The notes under the pieces are model-generated. The model was given only the letters and a program-made list of their open reading frames with translations, did not search any database and had not been told where the DNA came from. Source: an uncultured Poribacteria bacterium (GTDB taxonomy: Bacteria > Poribacteria > WGA-4E > WGA-3G). Taken from it: 64,000 nt of DNA. The first letter of the stretch is position 1, and each line of letters opens with the position of its first letter. A program made the position numbers and the translations under genes. The stretch is taken from positions 4,032,001-4,096,000 of the forward strand of contig CATQHZ020000001.1 in NCBI GenBank assembly GCA_958296135.2, read 5' to 3'. This document shows, piece after piece, positions 19,669 to 28,928 of this stretch.

Positions 19669-21069
19669 ATGGAAAACTTCATGGAAACATACCCCGGCCC
19701 GCAGCACAACAGACATCCCGACGCTGAAGCCGTGCCCACATGCAATAGCCAGTGTGAACCCCGCACGCAACATACGAACCCCCTGGTCTCCGTCGGAACG
19801 AGCCATCACGTCGCGCCGATTGCGTTCCGGGAAAAATTGGCATTTTCCGACGAACAACTAGTCCACTCGCTGCAACACCTCCGGGAATCGCAGCACGTGC
19901 AGGAGGCAGTCATCCTCTCTACCTGCAACCGGGTAGAAATTTACGCCGTGCCAAACGCGCGCCGCAGTGACGAGGCATCCGCTACCCATCTGCTCGAATT
20001 CCTCTCGCGCTACCATCGCATTAGCATGGACGCTCTCAAGAAGTTCAGTTATAGCCACCACGGACTGGGCGCAATCCAACACCTCTTCAGGGTGACAACC
20101 AGCCTCGATTCCATGGTAGTCGGCGAAGCGCAAATCTTGGGACAAGTGAAAGCCGCCTATGAGGACTCTCGTGCCGCCGGCGGGGCAGGCACTATCCTCA
20201 ATCGGCTTTTTAACAAGGCGTTCAGCGTCGGCAAGCGCATCCGCACTGAGACGACTATCGCTACCGGCGCTGTCTCTATCAGCTACGCCGCCGTCGAACT
20301 CGCCAAGAAAATCTTTAACACGCTGGAAGGCAAAACCGTAGCCATCATCGGCGCAGGCGAAATGAGCGAATTGACAGCGAAGCATCTCGTCGCCAACGGC
20401 GTTTCCAACGTCATCGTCGCGAACCGAACCTACGAACGCGCCGTCAAAATCGCCGAGAAATTCAGAGGGACACCCATCGCTTACCAAAGCAACCTCGGCT
20501 TTCTCATTGATGCCGACATCGTCATTAGCTCCACCGATGCACCGCAGTACCTCATCACGCCGCGGCCCCTCGCCGATGTCATGCGGAAACGGAAGCACCG
20601 CTACATGTTCCTCATTGACATCGCAGTCCCGCGCGACATCGAACCTGATGTCAATCACATCGACGGCGTGTTCCTCTATAACATCGATGACCTCGAGGCG
20701 GTTGTCGCTTCCAACCTCAAAGAACGCCAACACGAAGCCACACGCGCCGAACAACTTGTCGCCGAAGAAGCGAAGCAGTTCCATGCCCAATTGCAAACCC
20801 TCGAAGTGAGCCCGACGATTAAGGCACTGCACCAGCAATTCCAACAAGTCGTTGCAGCAGAACGCAACGCCTGTTTTGAAAAGGCAAACCTGTCCCATAA
20901 ACAGCAAGCCGCCGTAACCTCCATGACGCAGGCAATTGTCAAAAAACTCCTCCATCACCCCGTCAAAAATCTACGCCAAGCCGTGAACGATAACGAAGCA
21001 GACCACGGGCAATACGTCCACGCCTTGCGGGCACTGTTCGCGCTAGATGCCACCGACAATGAAATGTAG
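19669..21069 (+). CDS. hemA: Glutamyl-tRNA reductase
   Basis: LSTCNRVEIY, SLDSMVVGEAQILGQVK, GAGEM, DIAVPRD. Confidence 0.97.
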   Translation: MENFMETYPGPQHNRHPDAEAVPTCNSQCEPRTQHTNPLVSVGTSHHVAPIAFREKLAFSDEQLVHSLQHLRESQHVQEAVILSTCNRVEIYAVPNARRSDEASATHLLEFLSRYHRISMDALKKFSYSHHGLGAIQHLFRVTTSLDSMVVGEAQILGQVKAAYEDSRAAGGAGTILNRLFNKAFSVGKRIRTETTIATGAVSISYAAVELAKKIFNTLEGKTVAIIGAGEMSELTAKHLVANGVSNVIVANRTYERAVKIAEKFRGTPIAYQSNLGFLIDADIVISSTDAPQYLITPRPLADVMRKRKHRYMFLIDIAVPRDIEPDVNHIDGVFLYNIDDLEAVVASNLKERQHEATRAEQLVAEEAKQFHAQLQTLEVSPTIKALHQQFQQVVAAERNACFEKANLSHKQQAAVTSMTQAIVKKLLHHPVKNLRQAVNDNEADHGQYVHALRALFALDATDNEM

Positions 21070-21076
21070 CAGAAAA

Positions 21077-21994
21077 ATGAAACTATCACTTACCATCGGC
21101 ACGCGAGGCAGCCAACTCGCACGCTGGCAGGCAGAATTCATCCAAAAACAGGTGAACGCGCACTTGCCAGAGGTGGCGGTATCCCTCAAAATCATCAAAA
21201 CCACCGGCGATGCCATCCAGAACCGCTCACTGCGCGGACTCGGAAAAGGTGTGTTTACCAAAGAAATCGAAACCGCGCTGCTCACAGGTGAAATCGATCT
21301 GGCTGTTCATAGCCTCAAAGATTTGCCTACGGAACTCCCCGATGGCCTCCACATCGCCGCAATTCCGGCGCGGGAAGATGCACGCGATGCCCTAATCACA
21401 TGCACAGGAATGACATTAACGCAGCTGCCAAAAAACGCCACAATCGGCACGACGAGCCCACGGCGAAAAGCGCAACTCCTCCACGCACGCCCAGAGCTGC
21501 GCGTCGTTGATGTACGCGGTAATATTGATACCCGCTTACGCAAACTGCAAGAAACCCATTTAGATGGAATTATCCTCGCCGCCGCAGGGATTAAACGCCT
21601 GATGAAACCGGACATTATCACACAGTTTTTTGATACAGAAACAATGGTGCCAGCCGTTGGACAAGGCGCACTCGCCATCGAAGCGCGGGCAGATGATAAC
21701 ACCGTGGTTTCCGAACTCCTCGCACCGCTCAACGATGCACACGCAGCGGCCGAAGTCACCGCAGAAAGAACCGTTTTGGAGCGGCTCGGCGGCGGATGTC
21801 ACGTGCCTATCGGCGCGAACGCGACGCATCGCAACGGCGAACTCTCGCTTATCGCAGCTGTCTGTCATCCCGAAGGCACATCGCGCATCGTGGAGAGAGG
21901 CACCGGAACACCAGACAACCCGCAAAGTTTAGGGGAGGTTGTTGCAGAAAAACTTCTTCGGAGTGGGGCCGCAGAACTGCTTATAGCAAATTAA
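21077..21994 (+). CDS. hemC: Hydroxymethylbilane synthase
   Basis: IGTRGSQLA, KGVFTKEIE, AVHSLKD, RGNIDTRL, GGCHVP. Confidence 0.97.
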   Translation: MKLSLTIGTRGSQLARWQAEFIQKQVNAHLPEVAVSLKIIKTTGDAIQNRSLRGLGKGVFTKEIETALLTGEIDLAVHSLKDLPTELPDGLHIAAIPAREDARDALITCTGMTLTQLPKNATIGTTSPRRKAQLLHARPELRVVDVRGNIDTRLRKLQETHLDGIILAAAGIKRLMKPDIITQFFDTETMVPAVGQGALAIEARADDNTVVSELLAPLNDAHAAAEVTAERTVLERLGGGCHVPIGANATHRNGELSLIAAVCHPEGTSRIVERGTGTPDNPQSLGEVVAEKLLRSGAAELLIAN

Positions 21995-22147
21995 CCTGGG
22001 CACGGAGCGTGGGGGCCCGTCCGCCGCGATTGTGGCACAGCGAGGGACAGGTCTCCCTCGCCCTACGGACGGTTGGCGCAAACGTCTGCAGGGCTGGCAC
22101 TTGGGTTTCCAAACGTTCTTGACCTGTTCGAGGTTAACTGAAGAATA

Positions 22148-22399
22148 TCCCCCTTGTAGGCGAGACCTCGGGCCTCGACTCTTCTCCGGTAGGAGAGACC
22201 CCCTGGTCTCGATTTCCCCTTGTAGGAGAGACCTCTGGTCTCGATTTCCCCTTGTAGGAGAGACCTCCTGGTCTCGATTTCCCCGGTAGGCGGGTCTCGA
22301 TTTCCCCGGTAGGCGAGCCCTCCCGGCCTCAAATGCGTCGGGTATCGGGACAAGGATGGACCGCCGACAGACGAGCGTCTCAAAACGTCTCCCTAGGTC
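22148..22399 (+). repeat. REP cluster; 22248-22399 is the left copy of a ~152-bp direct repeat
   Basis: Tandem gtaggagagacctcctggtctcga units followed by a non-palindromic tail shared with 26121-26271. Confidence 0.92.
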
Positions 22400-22580
22400 C
22401 TACGAACCGATAGGCGACAAACATGTCACCCCGAACGGAACTGAATAGCATTTTTGCGAAATAAAAAAACTTGATTTTAATTGTGAAATTTGTTATTATT
22501 TCATCAGAAACTTTATCCGAAACCCCCACGGCGCGCCTTCCAAAACGCTGCCGCGAAACATTACGAGGAGATTCACACAA

Positions 22581-25500
22581 ATGAAAAAGACACTCATTGC
22601 CGTTTTGACACTGCTCTTAACGGCCACACTCTTTATTTCTGTCACGAACACCACCGCCCAAGTGGAAGCAGCAGTTGTGTCCATCCCAGATGCCAACTTA
22701 GCCGCAGCAATCCGCGATGCCCTCGGCTTGCCTTCCGGTGCGCCCATCACATCGCATGCGATGCTCAATTTAACGAGACTGGACGCGCCGGGGCGTGGGA
22801 TAACGGAACTCACCGGGCTGGAATATGCAACCAATCTGATAGTGCTGGATCTTCGCTACACGGCTGTATCGGATGTGGCACCCCTCGCAAAACTTACACT
22901 ACTGATACACCTGAATCTTGGCTGGACGGCGGTAGCGGATGTGGCACCTCTCGCACACCTCACACAACTGACAACGCTGTGGCTTTACAACACGGCGGTA
23001 GCGGATGTGGCACCTCTCGCAAAACTTACACTACTGAAAAGGCTGTCTCTTTCCTGGACGGCGGTAGCGGATGTGGCACCTCTCGCAAAACTTACACTAC
23101 TGAGAGAGCTGGATCTTCGGAACTGCCCGTTGAATGCCGCCGCACACCAGACGCATCTCCCCGCCATACAAGCAAACGGAACAGAGGTCAAATTTGATCC
23201 GTTTAAGCCGATCCACTTACCGCGGGTGCCAGGGCTCGTGTCCCTCATCTACTTCCGGCCCAGCGACCAGCCCATTCGTCCCAACGTGGACGCTGAAATT
23301 GATGGCCTCATTAAGAAAGCCCAACGCTTCTACGCAGACGAGATGGAACGCCACGGATTCAAGAGAAAAACCTTCCAGTTTGAAACGGATGCCCACGGAG
23401 CCGCCGTTGTGCATCACGTCAACGGGAAATTCACAGACGAGTATTATCGGGATAATAGAAACTGGCGTGAAAAAATCCGAGAGCAGGTTCACGCCCCAGT
23501 TGGAAACATTACTGTCCAGATGATAGATACCGATGGACCACTACCTGGGACTTGCGGGGTCGGTGGTGGCTCTCCTTATGGCGGTGGCCGTGCAGGGATT
23601 TACTGTTGGGCCTGGAGGACCCTTGCGCATGAACTCGGGCATGCGTTTGGAATGGATTATCACGATTTCCGCGACAATGCCTATCTCATGAGTTATGGGT
23701 CTCAGGACGAATTGTCTCACTGCTTTGCGGAATGGTTGGATGTCCACCCCGCTTTCAACACCCCGCCAGCTGTCCGCAGGAATGCACGCGCCGAGATTGA
23801 GATGCTCCCCGCAACCCTCGTGGCTCCACCGAATACCGTCCGTCTCCGTTTTGCGGTAACCGCTCCGGCCGGATCTCTCTATCAAGCCCGGTTGCTTACG
23901 CGAGAAACGACTACTCTCACCGGTAGTAAATTTAATACCGGGGGATTGATCGATTGTCAGCGACTCAATGGAAACCCAACGAGCAGCACCGTTGAATTTG
24001 TGACTACCGCTTTGACACCCGAAACTAAATGGGTAGAACTTTACGTTATCGGTAGGGATGGCAGCGGACCTGGGCAAAGGTTTCCCATTGATGTTTCTTC
24101 CCTATTGCCGGCTGCCAAAGTTGTCTCTATTCCCGATCCGAATTTGGCAGCAGCGGTGCGTGAGGCCCTTGAACTCTCATCCGGCGAAGCCATCACGACG
24201 CATGCAATGCTAAGGTTAGATGCGCTTGGAGCACGCAATGCCGGGATAAAAGACCTCACCGGGCTGGAGCATGCAGTCGGTTTGACAGCGTTGAATCTGC
24301 GCGGAAACTACAGCGACCAGGGGTGGGTCAACAGCAATGCGATATCGGACTGGTCGCCGCTTGCAAAATTAGCCAAATTGCAAACTCTGGAACTTTCCTC
24401 TATGTCTGGCTTGGTGGATGTGGCACCCCTCGCAAAACTCACACAACTGACAACGCTGTGGCTTCGCAACACGGCGGTATCGGATGTGGCACCTCTCGCA
24501 AAACTTACACAACTGACAAACCTGTATCTTCGCAACACGGCGGTATCGGATGTGGCACCACTTGCAAAACTCACTCAACTGACAACGCTGAATCTTGAAG
24601 GCACGGCGGTAGCGGATGTGGCACCTCTCGCAAAACTTACACAACTGACATCGCTGAATCTTGGCTGGACGGCGGTAGCGGATGTGGCACCTCTCGCAAA
24701 ACTTACACAACTGAGAGGGCTGTATCTTCACGGCACGGCGGTATCGGATGTGGCACCTCTCGCAAAACTTACACAACTGACAACGCTGTATCTTGACTCC
24801 ACGGCGGTATCGGATGTGGCACCACTCGCAAAACTTACACAACTGACATGGCTGGATCTTGGCTGGACGGCGGTAGCGGATGTATCGCCCTTGTTAGGGA
24901 TGAGTCCGGGAGAAGATTCTTGGGATGGTCTGTATCTGAAAGGCTGCCCACTGAGTTATGCCTCCCTCCACACGCATATTCCGGCGATACAGGCGAAGGG
25001 GATAGAGGTGGATTTTGACAACATCGCGCATCCCGCTCCCGCTGGAGCATTTCCTATCGTCACGCCTGGCGAGGTGGATTTTGACAACATCGCGCATCCC
25101 GCCCTGCTGAAAATCTCCGGTGATGAACAGGAAGGCGCGGGGGACACGGCGTTGAAAAACCCGTTTGTCGTGGAGGCGATGGATGAGCACGGTAAGCCGA
25201 TAGTCGGCAAGACTGTTCAGTTTGAGGTTCTTGCAGGAGGCGGGACGCTCAGCACTCAAACCGCAACAACGGATGCGCGCGGCAAAGCACAGATAACCCT
25301 CACGCTCGGCAGGTCTGCAGGAATAAACAAAGTCAAGGCGACTGCCGAGGGGATTGAGTCTTGGGCGTTGTTTACAACGGTCGCGACGGAAGCGGCACCG
25401 CAATTGGCAGCGGATGTCAACGGCGATGGCGTGACAGACCTGGCAGATCTGGCCATCGTCGCGCAAGCGATGGGCAAACCTGTGCAAAACCCTCGCGCGG

Positions 25501-26018
25501 ATGTGAATGGGGATGGGGTTGTTGATGGTGAAGACTTCGCGCGTGTCGCTGCAGCCCTCGGTGAGGGCGAGGCGGCTGCACCGTCACAGGCCGTGCTCCC
25601 TGCAGGGCTCACGCTTGAAAAAGTGGAGTGGGCCCTGAATCTCTTGCATGCGGAGAACACCGGTTCTCCTGCGTTTCAGCGGGGGATAGCGAAATTGGAA
25701 GGATTTCTTGCGCTCCTGGTTCCGGAGAAGACGCTGCTGCTGGCGAACTACCCCAATCCGTTCAACCCAGAAACGTGGATACCCTATCAGTTGGCAGCCC
25801 CTGCCGAGGTGACGGTGACAATTTACGCAGCGAACGGTGCGGTGGTGCGGACGTTAGCCCTCGGACATCAGCGTGCAGGAGACTATGCAAGCCGGTCTCG
25901 CGCGGCGTATTGGGATGGCAGGAATGAAGTCGGTGAGCGGGTTGCAAGCGGGGTGTATTTCTATACATTGCAGGCGGGGGATTTTGCGGCAACGCGGAAG
26001 ATGCTTATCTTGAAATAG
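22581..26018 (+). CDS. Secreted internalin-type LRR protein with zinc-metalloprotease, Big_1 Ig-like, dockerin-like and FlgD-Ig/T9SS-A-like domains
   Basis: Signal peptide, IPDANL caps, 22-aa LRRs (TAVSDVAPLAKLTQL), HELGHAFG, TTDARGKA, DVNGDG x2, NYPNPFNPETW. Confidence 0.92.
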   Translation: MKKTLIAVLTLLLTATLFISVTNTTAQVEAAVVSIPDANLAAAIRDALGLPSGAPITSHAMLNLTRLDAPGRGITELTGLEYATNLIVLDLRYTAVSDVAPLAKLTLLIHLNLGWTAVADVAPLAHLTQLTTLWLYNTAVADVAPLAKLTLLKRLSLSWTAVADVAPLAKLTLLRELDLRNCPLNAAAHQTHLPAIQANGTEVKFDPFKPIHLPRVPGLVSLIYFRPSDQPIRPNVDAEIDGLIKKAQRFYADEMERHGFKRKTFQFETDAHGAAVVHHVNGKFTDEYYRDNRNWREKIREQVHAPVGNITVQMIDTDGPLPGTCGVGGGSPYGGGRAGIYCWAWRTLAHELGHAFGMDYHDFRDNAYLMSYGSQDELSHCFAEWLDVHPAFNTPPAVRRNARAEIEMLPATLVAPPNTVRLRFAVTAPAGSLYQARLLTRETTTLTGSKFNTGGLIDCQRLNGNPTSSTVEFVTTALTPETKWVELYVIGRDGSGPGQRFPIDVSSLLPAAKVVSIPDPNLAAAVREALELSSGEAITTHAMLRLDALGARNAGIKDLTGLEHAVGLTALNLRGNYSDQGWVNSNAISDWSPLAKLAKLQTLELSSMSGLVDVAPLAKLTQLTTLWLRNTAVSDVAPLAKLTQLTNLYLRNTAVSDVAPLAKLTQLTTLNLEGTAVADVAPLAKLTQLTSLNLGWTAVADVAPLAKLTQLRGLYLHGTAVSDVAPLAKLTQLTTLYLDSTAVSDVAPLAKLTQLTWLDLGWTAVADVSPLLGMSPGEDSWDGLYLKGCPLSYASLHTHIPAIQAKGIEVDFDNIAHPAPAGAFPIVTPGEVDFDNIAHPALLKISGDEQEGAGDTALKNPFVVEAMDEHGKPIVGKTVQFEVLAGGGTLSTQTATTDARGKAQITLTLGRSAGINKVKATAEGIESWALFTTVATEAAPQLAADVNGDGVTDLADLAIVAQAMGKPVQNPRADVNGDGVVDGEDFARVAAALGEGEAAAPSQAVLPAGLTLEKVEWALNLLHAENTGSPAFQRGIAKLEGFLALLVPEKTLLLANYPNPFNPETWIPYQLAAPAEVTVTIYAANGAVVRTLALGHQRAGDYASRSRAAYWDGRNEVGERVASGVYFYTLQAGDFAATRKMLILK
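24415..24890 (+). repeat. 66-bp LRR-coding tandem repeats (a second block lies at about 22860-23120)
   Basis: cggatgtggcacctctcgcaaaacttacac recurs every 66 bp. Confidence 0.92.
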
Positions 26019-26050
26019 CGCGATTGGGAAGCGCGCCTACCGTCCCGCTT

Positions 26051-26271
26051 CCCCTTGTAGGAGAGCCCTCGGGTCTCGATCTCCCCGGCCCCTTGTAGGA
26101 GAGACCTCGGGTCTCAATGGCCCCTTGTAGGAGAGACCTCCTGGTCTCGATTTCCCCGGTAGGCGGGTCTCGATTTCCCCGGTAGGCGAGCCCTCCCGGC
26201 CTCGAATGCGCGGATATCGGGACAAGGATGGACCGCCGACAGACGAGCGTCTCAAAACGTCTCCCTAGGTC
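26051..26271 (+). repeat. REP cluster; 26121-26271 is the right copy of the direct repeat
   Basis: Matches 22248-22399 except two substitutions and one indel. Confidence 0.92.
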
Positions 26272-26325
26272 TGCTAGGCCGCCACTAAAAGATAAACGAA
26301 GTTATACGAAATCCTAAAAACACTG

Positions 26326-27831
26326 ATGAACAACCACGGAATCGTCTACATTGTCGGCGCGGGGCCCGGCGATAGAAAACTCATCACCCTCAAAGCCGTT
26401 GAATGCCTGCAGCGCGCCGATGTCGTCATCTATGACCTGCTCCTGAACGATGCGCTGCTGGACTATTGTCCGCCGCACACCGAAAAAATTCAGGCACCAG
26501 ACCCTCGCATCCGAACAACCCGCCAAGCCGAGCTCAATCAGCTCCTGGTCCAACACGCGAAGGCAGGGAAAACCGTCGTCCGTCTGAAAGGGGGCGATCC
26601 TTACGTTTTCGGGCGCGGCGGCGAGGAGGCACTCGCCCTCACCGAAGCCGGCATCCCGTTTGAGGTGGTGCCCGGCATCACCGCCGCTATCGCCGCGACA
26701 GCATACGCCGGCATCCCCGTCACGCATCGCGACTACGCCTCATCGGTTGCGTTCGTCACTGGGCATTCCGCCGCGATGCGCGCCAATTCAAACATCAATT
26801 GGGCGCACCTCGCCACCGCCGTGGACACCCTGGTCGTTTACATGGGTGTTGCGCACCTCGCGCAGATTGTGGAACGCTTGATAACCCACGGCAGAAATCC
26901 GCAAACGCCTGTGAGTCTCATCCGCGTCGGCACGACACCGCAGCAGCGCGTCATCCAAGGCACATTGAAAGATATTGTCCAAAGAGCAACGGGTGCGCAG
27001 CTCAAAAGTCCCGCCGTCATCGTCGTTGGCGAGGTAAATCAGCTGCGCGAACACCTCCGTTGGTTTGATACCAAACCGCTTTTCGGCAAACGGGTGCTTG
27101 TCACGCGCGCCCGCGCGCAGGCCAGTGAATTCGCCGCGCTGCTAGAGGCGAACGGTGCCGAGGTAATCCAATTTCCCACGATAACGATTCAGCCGCTCCG
27201 AGAGAACCCGCGCCTCGCCGCCGCCATCGCCGCCTTGTCCGAATACGGATGGGTGATTTTCACGAGTGTCAACGCCGTTGAGATTTTCTATCAACGTCTC
27301 CGAGAAATTGGCAAGGATGCACGCGTTTTCAGCAGATGCAAAATTTGCGCTGTCGGCAAAAAAACGGTTGAGGCGTTGAACGGCATCGGCATCCACCCCG
27401 ATTTCGTCCCGACGCAGTCGCGCGGCAGTGCTATCGCCGCCGAGATAGCGGATGTCACCGATCAGCACATCCTCCTCCCGCGCGCCAAAATCGCCACCGC
27501 CGAACTACCGGCTGCTTTACGCGCGAAAGCAGCACGCGTTGATGACATCCCACTCTACGAAACGCTCGCCGTCGCCAACGAAAACCACGATGCAATTGCG
27601 GCGCAGCTCTTAAACGGCGAGATTGACATCGTCACGTTCACCAGTTCCTCAACGGTAACGAATTTTTTAGCAATGTTTCCTGCAGATACATTGACAGACG
27701 TTCGCGTCGCTGTCATCGGGCCCTCCACACAAGCCACAGCGGAAGCACACAGCGTGCCAGTCGACATCGTCGCACCCGAAGCAACCATAGAGAGTTTGGT
27801 TGAGGCGATAATATCAAATTTAGGTCCGTAG
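26326..27831 (+). CDS. cobA: Uroporphyrinogen-III C-methyltransferase / uroporphyrinogen-III synthase fusion (CobA-HemD)
   Basis: VGAGPGD, VRLKGGDPYVFGRGGEE, then LFGKRVLVTR, FTSVNAV, FTSSSTV. Confidence 0.95.
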   Translation: MNNHGIVYIVGAGPGDRKLITLKAVECLQRADVVIYDLLLNDALLDYCPPHTEKIQAPDPRIRTTRQAELNQLLVQHAKAGKTVVRLKGGDPYVFGRGGEEALALTEAGIPFEVVPGITAAIAATAYAGIPVTHRDYASSVAFVTGHSAAMRANSNINWAHLATAVDTLVVYMGVAHLAQIVERLITHGRNPQTPVSLIRVGTTPQQRVIQGTLKDIVQRATGAQLKSPAVIVVGEVNQLREHLRWFDTKPLFGKRVLVTRARAQASEFAALLEANGAEVIQFPTITIQPLRENPRLAAAIAALSEYGWVIFTSVNAVEIFYQRLREIGKDARVFSRCKICAVGKKTVEALNGIGIHPDFVPTQSRGSAIAAEIADVTDQHILLPRAKIATAELPAALRAKAARVDDIPLYETLAVANENHDAIAAQLLNGEIDIVTFTSSSTVTNFLAMFPADTLTDVRVAVIGPSTQATAEAHSVPVDIVAPEATIESLVEAIISNLGP

Positions 27832-27844
27832 GACCTTAGGGAGA

Positions 27845-28089
27845 GGTAGGCGCGCCCTCCTGCGTCCCGCTGCAATTGGTAGTCTCAATGCAATTGGTAG
27901 GCGAGCCCTCCCGCGTCTCGATGCAATAGTCCGGTAGGCGAGCCCTCCCGCGTCTCGATGCAATTGGTAGGAGAGACCTCTGGTCTCGATGCAATTGGTA
28001 GGAGAGACCTCTGGTCTCGATGCAATAGTCCGGTAGGAGAGCCCTCCTGGTCTCGATGCCCCGGTAGGAGAGACCTCCTGGTCTCGATG
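27845..28089 (+). repeat. Tandem REP cluster
   Basis: About 8 units of (tgcaattg)gtaggagagacctctggtctcga type. Confidence 0.9.
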
Positions 28090-28202
28090 CTCAAAACGCG
28101 AGTTCTCGCCCTGCCGCGCGCCCAGAATTTTATGGCAGAATCACCCAGGGCCTAAATGTCTACAGCACCAAATCTCTTCGACCTCATACCCGAAAAAATC
28201 CC

Positions 28203-28231
28203 TTGACATTTTTTGCATATTGTTATAAAAT
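28203..28231 (+). promoter_or_regulatory. Sigma-70 promoter with no convincing downstream gene
   Basis: TTGACA-17 bp-TAAAAT. Confidence 0.65.
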
Positions 28232-28457
28232 ACTCATAACATCACGCATACCGTCGTCGTGCAAGGGAGAAAAAAGCCCTGTCCCTCGCCAACGTTACCA
28301 AAGGCCGATGAACCCTACGTCTTTCAGGAAGACGACGAATAGGAAGCCGTCCTACAACTCTGAGTGTTTAGCCAAAATGTTTCAAAAGCCGACGAACCCC
28401 TGTAGTACAGGCGTTCATGAGACTATTTTTAACCCCAAAGGTCATTATGTTAGCCGA

Positions 28458-28625
28458 CATTGACCTTTGCCCACAGTCACAAAAAGCGCAGCAAGCCCTG
28501 TGACACAGCGGTGCAACCGACCTGGAAAAACCGCTTGAAAAATCGCAAAAAAAAAAAATTCCGATTTTTCGTTTTGCAAGAACCCGAGTGTCACAGGGCT
28601 CCAACCGAATTCGCAAAGGTCAATG
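28458..28625. other. Nested inverted-repeat element (candidate ncRNA or MITE)
   Basis: Perfect IR pairs 28458-70/28613-25, 28494-506/28588-600 and 28537-45/28562-70. Confidence 0.6.
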
Positions 28626-28861
28626 CATGACCACCGTTAAACCACAAGGGCGGCGCGCCCTCCCGCGTCTCGATTGAACTTTTCGTTTTTGATGGCAACC
28701 GTGAACATCCACAACGCGCCCCACGCTGTCTGAGCACCGGCTGCCGCAAACGATGGCTACCGAATAACTAAATGTCTCTGATTCTCACTCCTGAAACTGT
28801 CGGGATACGGATGTCCCACCTACCGAAAAAAATCTTTTTTAAAGTTTTTACTATAAAAAAC

Positions 28862-28890
28862 TTGCAAAATGCATTAAAATGTGGTATACT
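28862..28890 (+). promoter_or_regulatory. Sigma-70 promoter for moaA
   Basis: TTGCAA-17 bp-TATACT with extended TG. Confidence 0.65.
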
Positions 28891-28928
28891 ATTAATAAAT
28901 AAACGTCATTTTGTCCTATTAGCAGAAA

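Noticed and set aside
22581-26018. Diversity-generating retroelement acting on the LRRs
   Set aside because: No reverse transcriptase or template repeat in the window, and the variation is not adenine-specific.
27845-28089. CRISPR array
   Set aside because: Tandem REP units with almost no unique spacers.
28630-28928. Moco riboswitch upstream of moaA
   Set aside because: The promoter lies only about 40 nt before the ATG and I could not see the Moco motif elements.
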